This document shows positions 56,180 through 64,000 of a stretch of DNA of 64,000 bases, in pieces. Source of the DNA: an uncultured bacterium (GTDB lineage Bacteria; Verrucomicrobiota; Verrucomicrobiia; Limisphaerales; UBA8199). The position numbers were made by a program, and so were the translations under genes. Each line of letters opens with the position of its first letter. Within the stretch, counting starts at the first letter, position 1. The DNA is taken from contig CAVVMW010000019.1 of assembly GCA_963749495.1 (NCBI GenBank), positions 1 through 64,000 on the forward strand, read 5' to 3'. Under the pieces are notes generated by a model. The model searched no databases. It saw nothing but the letters and a program-made list of their open reading frames with translations, and was not told the origin of the DNA.

Positions 56180-57574
56180 TCAATATTCCCGCTTCCGCGT
56201 GATGCCGGGATTAGGCATGGGGTATTTGCCGTCCTTGTCCGCCAGCAGCGGGGCCGGGGAATCCATGGTGAATTTGTCCACGCCGGGGGCGAATTCGTGG
56301 TCGCTGTTGAGCATGTCGTCGAAGGTAATCTCCTGGCCGGTGTGGGCCGCCATGCGCCCCATGCTCGAGACGAGGCTGGCCTCGACACCCCGCTTGGCCT
56401 CGTTGTAGGGCTTGTCGTTGCGGATGGCGTCAACCAGGTCGTTCCACTCGTTGGTATAGGGGTCGCGCTGGTCCGGTGGGACCTGTGAGACCCAGAGCTG
56501 GTTGGAGCGCTGCAGGTTCTGGCCCTTGAAGATTCTGGAAGGCAGGTCGCAATCGTTGGAGGCGGAGACAGTCGCGATGCCTTTGCTCCCGTGCGCGTAA
56601 CTGGAGTAGATGGAGTGGCAGCCGTTCATGCAGCGCCCGTCCATGTACATCTTGGCGCCGTCGGCAAAGGTGTACTCGACCGAATACACATCGAAATTCT
56701 GGTCAACGTAGGGCTTGCCATCCGGGTCCAGGCGGTAATGCTTGCCGCCCAGGGCCTGGGCCTTGACCGGCCAGGCATTCTTCATCCAGCAGAGGTGATC
56801 AACGTGGTGGATGTAGAAGTCGTTGAAGCACCCGCCGCTGGCCCAGAGGAAACTGTGGAAGTTGCGGATCTGCCAGAGCAATTCGCTGGGCTGGCCCGGC
56901 CACTTCGTGACGTAGGCCGAGCCGGCCGGCCCGTGCATCCGGTATCCGCGCAGCAGGATGATGTCGCCCAGTTCCCCCTCCTGGATGCGTTTGGACAACT
57001 CCTCGAAGGCCCGGCTGTGCCGCGACATCAGCCCCACCCCGACCTTCAGGTTCTTGGCGCTCGCCTCCTCAGCCAGCTTGAGCATCCGCCGCGAGGCCGC
57101 TCCGTCTGCCGTCACCGGCTTCTCCATGAAGACGTTCAGCCCCTTTTGGATGGCGTAGGTGAAATGCACCCAGCGAAACGCCAGCGGCGTCGTGAAGATG
57201 GCAATGTCGCCCGGCTTGAGGCAATCCATCGCGTGCTGGTAGGCGTCGAAGCCGATGAATTTGTGGTCCTCGGGGACTTCAACCCGGTCGGCGCAACCGC
57301 TGCGTTTGAGGGCCTCATAACTGCCGTTGAGGCGGTCTTGGAAAACATCGGCCATGGCGACCAGCTTGACCCCGCCGCCCTTGACGTTGAGGGCGTTCTC
57401 GGCGGCGCCGCCGCCGCGCCCCCCGCAGCCAATCAGCGCCACCTGGAGCGTGTCCCCGGGGGCGGCATTGACGCGGGGCAACGTGACCCCTGCCAAGGCC
57501 GAGACAGCCGCAATGCGGCCGGTAGTCTTGATAAACTCACGACGTGTCGAAACAGAATTGGATGATTCGTTCAT
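56180..57574 (-). CDS. Tat-exported Gfo/Idh/MocA oxidoreductase
   Basis: TRREFIK signal, LIGCGGRG, FMEKP and IHHVD. Confidence 0.9.
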   Translation of the reverse strand: MNESSNSVSTRREFIKTTGRIAAVSALAGVTLPRVNAAPGDTLQVALIGCGGRGGGAAENALNVKGGGVKLVAMADVFQDRLNGSYEALKRSGCADRVEVPEDHKFIGFDAYQHAMDCLKPGDIAIFTTPLAFRWVHFTYAIQKGLNVFMEKPVTADGAASRRMLKLAEEASAKNLKVGVGLMSRHSRAFEELSKRIQEGELGDIILLRGYRMHGPAGSAYVTKWPGQPSELLWQIRNFHSFLWASGGCFNDFYIHHVDHLCWMKNAWPVKAQALGGKHYRLDPDGKPYVDQNFDVYSVEYTFADGAKMYMDGRCMNGCHSIYSSYAHGSKGIATVSASNDCDLPSRIFKGQNLQRSNQLWVSQVPPDQRDPYTNEWNDLVDAIRNDKPYNEAKRGVEASLVSSMGRMAAHTGQEITFDDMLNSDHEFAPGVDKFTMDSPAPLLADKDGKYPMPNPGITRKREY

Positions 57575-57648
57575 AGGCAATATATTCCAGACGTTGCCCT
57601 GGCCGTGTCAATTCAAGATTTTGGCGGGATGCGCCCGCCTTTAATGGG

Positions 57649-59727
57649 GTCGAGTAGGGACGCGGGTTGCCCCGCGTCCCCCTCGCAGATCCCGGCGGGC
57701 GGTTTTCCCGCACCGGGCTCTTCACGACAACTCGCTCGCGCACGCGCACGGTCGGCAGGCGTCCCCATACAGCTTAATCTGACTGAGCTGTTCGAGGTCC
57801 CATTCCGCCGGGCCACGCAGACGCAGAGAGCCCCCTGCCCGTTCCACCACTCGCGGTGGTGGCACCTTGAAGCGCTGGAGCAGCCGGTCGAAGGTGCGCC
57901 AAGTGAAACTGCGCCGCTGACTCCGCCGATTCAGCCACTTGTACAGGATGCGGCTGGTTTCGCGGTGGTAGCGGTTCAGGCTCTCAGAGTTGCCTATGAT
58001 TCCATAGTAATTCCAGTAGCCTTGATATTTCGCTCTCAGCGTTTCCATCAACTCGCCCAGCGGGTTATGCCTCTCGGCTTTAATCCACTCGGTGAACCGT
58101 TGCACCGCCCCCCGCAATTTCTTGCGGCTGGTGCGACGCTTGACAGTGGGCTGCCCCCGGTGGCCCCGACCCCAGGAAAACTCAAATCCCAGGAAGTCGA
58201 ACCGCCCGTTGTGCCGCCCACCCCATGGCCCAAAACGTATTCGCTGCGTCTTGTCCATGGCCAGTTCCAACCCGAACTGGTGCATGCGCTCCTGAAGCGC
58301 CTGCTCGAACGCCTCGGCCTCGTGCCGATAATCGAAGCAGCACACAAAGTCGTCCGCATAGCGGAACAACCGGCTCTGCCCCCGATACCGTTTGCGCATC
58401 CGCCGCTCAAACCACAGGTCCAGCACGTAATGCAGATACACGTTGGCCAGCACTGGAGAAACGCTCCCCCCTGGGGCGTGCCGCTCTCCGGGTGCTCGAC
58501 GCGTCCGTCTTCTTCAAGGATGCCTGCTCGCAACCATTTGCGTATCAGGCCCAATAACGCCCCATCATCCACCCTGAGCGCCAGCATCTTCAGCAACCAG
58601 TCATGCCGGATGTGCTCGTAGTAGCCTTTGATGTCGGCCTCGACGATGAACTCGAACTGCCCCCGGTGTAGCGCATCGGTCAGCCCCCGCACTGCTTGCA
58701 GTGCGTCGCGCTGAGGCCGATAGCCGTAGCTGCAGTCCAGAAAGTCCGCTTCGTAGATGGCCGAGAGGATGGCCGCTGTTGCACTTTGCACCAGCTTTTC
58801 CTCCAGCGTCGGAATGCCCAAGGGCCTCAGTTTTCCGTTGCCCTTGGGGATGTACTTTCGGCGCACCAGTCGGGCGTGGTAACTCTTGTTCCTGAGCCGC
58901 CTCACCAAGTCGGCCAGATTGCTTTCGAGGTTCTTTTCATACTCCTCGTAGGTCACTCCGTCCACTCCTGGAGCCGCCTCTTTGCGCAAGGCTTTGAAGC
59001 TCTCCCGGAGACTGTCCTGGTTGAGCAGCCGGTAGAGTCCGCCAAACCGGTGCTTGGGGTTCTGCGCTGCCTTGTTGGCTATGGCCCGCAGGGAGGTTCG
59101 CCAGCCTGATTCCGTCGTTCTTACGGTGCTGGTTTCCTTTGCGGGCTGCGTCGTCGTGCCGGCCCCTTGGTCCGGGCTGGGGCAGCGTGTGCCTGGCCCC
59201 GGACTACTATGGACCGGTCCGATTCCCTGCTCTGTACCCATGGGGAGGTCTTCTTGTCGTTGGACCTCCTGTCCCGATTGGCCCCCGCAGTTGGTGCGTC
59301 GGGGGGCGGCAGGGCTTCCCAGTTTCCGTACGGCTCTTTGCTCGCGTGCCACGCTCTGCGACCCCGGCAGGTCTCCGGAGACCTCACCTGTAGCGGTCTC
59401 CTCCGTGTTGGGTTCCGGTGATGCGACACCGTCTCCACCTGCATGTTGTGGCGTTTCGGGGCTGGATTGCTTTAGCGGGGTGCGACTCCCGCTTGCGGCC
59501 TGCGAGCTTCCCTGTGTACGCTTCCAGGCAGTCGTTCGGCCTTCGGCATCCCTTGCGGGCGCTTGGGCCTGTCCTTCTGCCCGGCAACACTCGGGCTTGG
59601 GGAGCTGGTTAGGCTTTCCCACCCAGTTCTTTCGTGCTGGGGCACTGTTCATGTTTTCGTGTTGTCGTTCATGTTCAGTTCTGGAGGGATTTGCACCCTC
59701 AGAGCCGCCAGACTTTCACTGGCGCAC
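57649..59727 (-). mobile_element. group II intron
   Basis: 5' GTGCGCC; domain V GAGCCCGGTGCGGGAAAACCGCCCGCCGGGATC; domain VI ending CCCTACTCGAC; RT ORF inside. Confidence 0.9.
57722..59110 (-). CDS. ltrA: group II intron reverse transcriptase/maturase without an endonuclease domain; one G missing near 58468; start unclear
   Basis: APGVDG, YIPKGNGKLRPLGIP, SYGYRP, EADIKGYY, GTPQGG, RYADDF and FDFLGF. Confidence 0.9.
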
Positions 59728-60175
59728 CGCATCTGGCCTGTACCACCACAGGCACAGGAGTTGGAGACCCAACCCAAGGCTGCCCGCATGCGCTGCAACC
59801 CGGAGGGTTGCTAGAGGGTAGCCGGGGGTCGCGACGCCGTCGCGACCCCCGGTTGACGGTCAGAAGGGTCCTGCACCCCGGAACGGGGTGCCAGAAGACC
59901 GCGCGGTGCGGTGCGCCGGTTTCTGGCATCCCTCCGGGATGCAGGCGCACCCCTGCGCCGAACCGGGGGTCTCGCTTCGCTTCGACCCCCGGCTACCATC
60001 TGCCATCCCTCCGGGATGAAACGGGTGGCCCGGAGCCATGTCAGGAATTCCTATCCGTGGGGTGGCACATCTCAAATGCGCCCGCCTTTAATCGCACCCG
60101 GCTTCTAGGGTTGCATTTCCTCCCGTGGGGTGTAGATTCGTTCGGTCCCAAACGATCGCAATTGGCAAAAAACCT

Positions 60176-60526
60176 ATGAAGAACCGTCCTGCAACTGGCC
60201 CGATGTTCAAGAAAATGCTCCTGCCGCCCGGGCAGGCAAACCCATTCGTGGACCCGCTCGCCGCGTATCCCCCTTACAGCAGCAGCAAGAAATCCACTGC
60301 GGCAAGTTGGCGCAGCGCTGAGGCCAACATTACCGAAGTAGTGATCGAAGCCACCCGAGACGAGGAGAAAGCGCTGATCAATACATGGGTGGAGCAATTG
60401 ATCCGGGTCGAGCTGGGCAACGCGCTGGCCGACGACACGGCGCTGAATATCAACCTGGATACAACTACGACCGAAGCCATCCAGGAGGCCCTCGGGCGCC
60501 GGGCAGGCGGCAAGGCCCGCCGCTGA
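60176..60526 (+). CDS. hypothetical protein
   Basis: Natural-composition ORF upstream of the glycosyltransferase gene. Confidence 0.5.
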   Translation: MKNRPATGPMFKKMLLPPGQANPFVDPLAAYPPYSSSKKSTAASWRSAEANITEVVIEATRDEEKALINTWVEQLIRVELGNALADDTALNINLDTTTTEAIQEALGRRAGGKARR

Positions 60527-60620
60527 GGGCGCCCGTGCATTCGGTGGCCGGCTCAGACCCGCGTCGAGCCATCCCGTTTCCCTGGCCGGCCGTTCGACCT
60601 GCGCGCCCGGCGCCACGCGC

Positions 60621-63351
60621 ATGAGAAAGTACATGTTCAAGTGCAACTTGTCCCTGGGCGACATCGTCGTGCTGACCGCTGCGGTCCGGGACTTGCACGC
60701 GCAGTATCCGGGCTTTTTCACCACAGACGTGCGGACGAGCTTTCGCGAGCCTCTGGGACCACAACCCCTTGCTGACGAAGTTGGATGAGTATGATCCGGA
60801 GGTCAAGATCCTGGAATGCCAGGACCTGCTGATCGAAAAGAGCGGGGAGAGCGCCTGCCACGCGCTGCACGGTTTTCTGGAGTTCCTCAACCGGCGCTTG
60901 GGATTTCGGCTCAAGCCCGCGGCGTTCCGGGGGGACATCTATTTGTCGCGGGCGGAGAGGGCCGCCGCGCCGCCTCTGCGCCGGCTCACCGGGCAGGACG
61001 TGCCCTACTGGCTCATCGGGGCCGGGGGCAAACTCGACTACACGATCAAGTGGTGGGATTGGCGCCGCTACCAGGAGGTGGTGGATGAGTTCCGCGGACG
61101 CATCCAATTTGTGCAGGTGGGCGAGTTGGCGCACTATCACCCTCGGTTGCGGGGCGTCATTGATTTGCGCGGCCGGACCAGCGTGCGTGAATTGGTCCTC
61201 CTGGTCCACCACGCGCAGGGGGTGCTCTGCGGTGTCACCGGGCTCATGCACCTGGCCAGCGCCGTGCCCGTCAGGGACCGGCATTGGCCGTTGCGTCCCT
61301 GCGTGGTCATTGCCGGGGGACGGGAGCCGGTTCACTGGGAGGCCTATCCGGGCCATCAATTCATTCACACCATCGGTGCGCTGCCCTGTTGCGCCCGCGA
61401 CGGCTGCTGGAAATCCCGCACGGTGCCCCTGGGCGACGGCGACCAGAAAGACCAGCCGGAAGAACTCTGCCTGAATGTCCGGGGAGCGCTGCCGCGGTGC
61501 ATGGACCTCATCACCAGCGGCGAGGTCGTGCGGCGCATCGAAACGTATTTTGAAGAAGGCGCAGCTCGTTTTCTGACAGCGCGCGAATGGCGGGCTGTGG
61601 CGCGCTCCGGGGCGCTGGCTGCGGCGCAAGCCGAACCGGACGCTCCCCTGAATATCTGCACGGCCCGCGACAGATCGGACCGCTTCATCGCGTCGCTCCC
61701 GGATTATCCCGGAGGCTATCGAGGCCGCGGCATAGTAATCTGCGGGGGCGGCGTGCGGCTCTTTGCCAACGCCTGGGTGTGCCTGCGGCTGCTGCGGCAC
61801 TTGGGCTGCGCGCTGCCCATTGAACTCTGGCACCTCGGCCAGGCCGAACTGGACGAGCCCATGCGCGCCCTGGTCCGGCCCCTGGGCGTCGAGTGCGTCG
61901 ATGCCCTGGCACTGGCTCGCAAACACCCGGCCCGCCAACTGCAAGGCTGGGCGCTCAAGTCCTTTGCCCTGCTCCACTCCTCGTTCCAGGAAGTCCTGTT
62001 GCTCGACGCGGACAATGTCCCGGTTGCCAACCCGGAGTTCCTCTTTGACACTCCGGAATACCGCCGGGCCGGGGCCGTGCTCTGGCCTGACCAGGACCGG
62101 CTGCCAAAGGAGGATCGGGCCTGGCGGATTTTCGATGTGCCCTATCGGGATGAACCGGCGGTGGAGAGCGGCCAGATCCTCGTTAACAAGGCCGTCTGCT
62201 GGCGGGCGCTGACCCTGGCCCGGTGGTATAACGAGCACGCGGGCTTCTATTACCAGCACGTGTACGGGGACAAGGAGACGTTTCACTTTGCCTTTCGCAA
62301 ACTGCGGGCGCCCTACGCGATGCCGGCGCGGGGCCTCAAGATGCTGCGCGGGGCGATGTGCCAGCACGCTTTTGACGGGCGCCGGCTCTTCCAGCACCGG
62401 AACATGGACAAATGGACCTTGTTCCCATTGAACCGCCGAATCGCGGGTTTTCGGCACGAGCAGAAGTGCCGGGAGTTCCTGCGGGAGTTGCGTCAAAGAT
62501 GGGATGCCCGGCTCTCGAGCTTTGCAATTCCTCCCCGTAAGAGCCGTCAGGAGGGGGCGCATCCGGACGCTGCCCCCGGAGTGCGCCCGTCCTCGGGCGC
62601 AGCAGCGACGGAGCGGGCAGGGGTGCTGGAGTGTTTGACCGCTGCCCTGGCTGCGGACGTCGCTGCGCCCGAGGACGGGCGCACTTCGCTCCGGCCCCCG
62701 GCGGTGGGGGCAGTGTCGGGCTGCGCCCGTCAGGAGGCCGGCATCGCGGCGGTGATGATTTCCTGCGCCGCGCGCCAGCGCCTGCGGGCGCGCACGCTGG
62801 CGGACCTGGGGCGGACGGATTGGGGGCCGGCGCCGGTCCAGCTTATCCTCGACAAGCAGCGGTTCCGCCACAAGGTGGAGAACATCGCCCACACCGGCTG
62901 GCGGGCGCTCAAGGCCGGGCTGGCCGCCGGGGCCGACTATGTTCTATTCCTGGAAGATGACCTGGCCTTCAACCTGCGCTTGCGCGAGAATCTGAGGGCC
63001 TGGAGCCCGCTGCAGGAGCGCCGGATGCCGGTGCTGAGCCTGTTCAATCCGGGGTTGCCGGAACTGGCCTGGGACCTCGCCCATCATGCCATGCTGGCCG
63101 ATCCAAACCGGGTGTTTGGCAGCCAGGCCCTGCTGATTTCCCGCCACGCTGTCCCGCACCTGCTCGAGCATTGGTTCGATGGGCCGGTTCCGTTGGACCT
63201 GAAGATCGGCTGGCTGGCTGCCAGGCTGGGGCAGCCGGTGGCTTACCATTGCCCATCGCTCGTGCAGCACGTCGGCCGCAAGAGCACCTGGGGAGGGGCT
63301 TTTTACGGTGCCTCTGATTTCAGGCGCTCCTGGAGGGCGCAACGGCCATGA
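60621..63351 (+). CDS. multi-domain glycosyltransferase: GT9-like + GT71/mannosyltransferase-like + GT-A C-terminal domain (frameshift near 60745)
   Basis: SLGDIVVLTAAVRDL, DLRGRTS..EL and GLMHLASA; GRGIVICGGG, EVLLLDADN, ESGQILVNK and YGDKETF; LFLEDD and PSLVQHVG. Confidence 0.8.
62555..62728. mobile_element. MITE-like element carrying REP family A, inserted in frame
   Basis: GGGCGCATC...GCTGCGCCC with 9-bp duplication GTCAGGAGG at 62546-62554 and 62729-62737; 174+9=183 bp. Confidence 0.85.
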
Positions 63352-64000
63352 GCGAGACGACGGTAGTGTCCGGCCCGTGGCAGGCCGGCGTCTGCATCGC
63401 GGACCATGACTTGGTCCGCCACGTCGGCGGCGGGGCCTTCGGGGAGGTCTGGCTCGCCCGCTCTCTTGCCACCGGCCGCTTCCGGGCGGTCAAAATCGTC
63501 GAGCGAGCCAGGTTTGCCGAGGACCACCCCTACGAGCTTGAGTTCGCCGGGGTCAAACAATTCGAGGGAGTCTCGCGCGAGGACGCGGGGTTTGTGGATA
63601 TTCTTCATGTCTGCCGGGACGATGCGGCCCGGTATTTTGCTTATATCATGGAGCTGGCGGACCCGCTGGACCCGGGGCCGCAGTTCATTCCGCTGACCTA
63701 CTGCCCGCGCACCCTGGCGGCGGTGATCGAGCGCCAGGGCAAACTCTCCCCGCCCGAGTGCGTGCGCATCGGCATGGCCTTGACCTCGGCCCTGGCGGCG
63801 CTCCATGGCCGGCGGCTTGTCCACCGCGATTTGAAACCCTCCAACATCGTGTTCATCCGGGGCGCCCCGAAACTGGCTGACGTGGGGCTGGTCACTGAAT
63901 TGAAGGACTTGCCGCCCCACACACTGGCCGGTTCGCCCGACTACATGGACGCCGCGGTGCACGGCTCGGCGTTCGGGGATCTGTATGGCCTGGGAAAACT
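63348..64000 (+). CDS. Ser/Thr protein kinase (runs off the right edge)
   Basis: VGGGAFGEVWLA, RAVK, YIMELAD, VHRDLKPSN, KLADVGL and GSPDYM. Confidence 0.9.
   Translation, partial: MSETTVVSGPWQAGVCIADHDLVRHVGGGAFGEVWLARSLATGRFRAVKIVERARFAEDHPYELEFAGVKQFEGVSREDAGFVDILHVCRDDAARYFAYIMELADPLDPGPQFIPLTYCPRTLAAVIERQGKLSPPECVRIGMALTSALAALHGRRLVHRDLKPSNIVFIRGAPKLADVGLVTELKDLPPHTLAGSPDYMDAAVHGSAFGDLYGLGK

Larger units (their letters stand above)
57646..60083. mobile_element. MITE-like element (359 bp without the intron) interrupted by a group II intron
   Basis: Left end GGG|CGCATC rebuilt by removing the intron; right end AATGCGCCC; 9-bp duplication GCCTTTAAT at 57637-57645 and 60084-60092. Confidence 0.75.

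Noticed and set aside
57722..59652. RT as a retron, DGR or defence RT
   Set aside because: Clear group II intron termini, domains V/VI and a maturase region; no TR/VR pair seen.

Overview
GC-rich bacterial window whose gene and repeat content suggests Verrucomicrobiota/PVC (inference). About ten long genes carry single-base frameshifts, several in homopolymers, so the assembly probably has long-read indel errors. 1-17.1 kb is island-like. It has a DISARM DrmD-like SNF2 helicase at the left edge and metabolic cargo. It also has an ~8 kb phage/plasmid-like module: tyrosine integrase, a large divergent HUH rolling-circle Rep-like protein, a GroES-like protein, a compact amino-MTase and four copies of an AT-rich operator-like palindrome. 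Next come an N-terminal-only carB, vapBC, an NTP-transferase/GHMP-kinase fusion, metY and apgM, a glycosylation cassette bounded by a 587-bp duplication of the apgM 3' half, and two sensor kinases. Two inverted integrase+IS91-type elements flank a giant lamin-tail/CotH gene. The window ends with a group II intron, a three-domain glycosyltransferase and a Ser/Thr kinase. The most striking small-scale structure is a nested set of repeats. A MITE-like shell (GGGCGCATC ends, 9-bp target duplications) carries different REP cargos, and one copy sits in frame inside a gene. The intron and one IS91-type copy inserted into such repeats. A 21-bp palindrome is inserted in one transposase copy only. No rRNA, tRNA or CRISPR array was seen.
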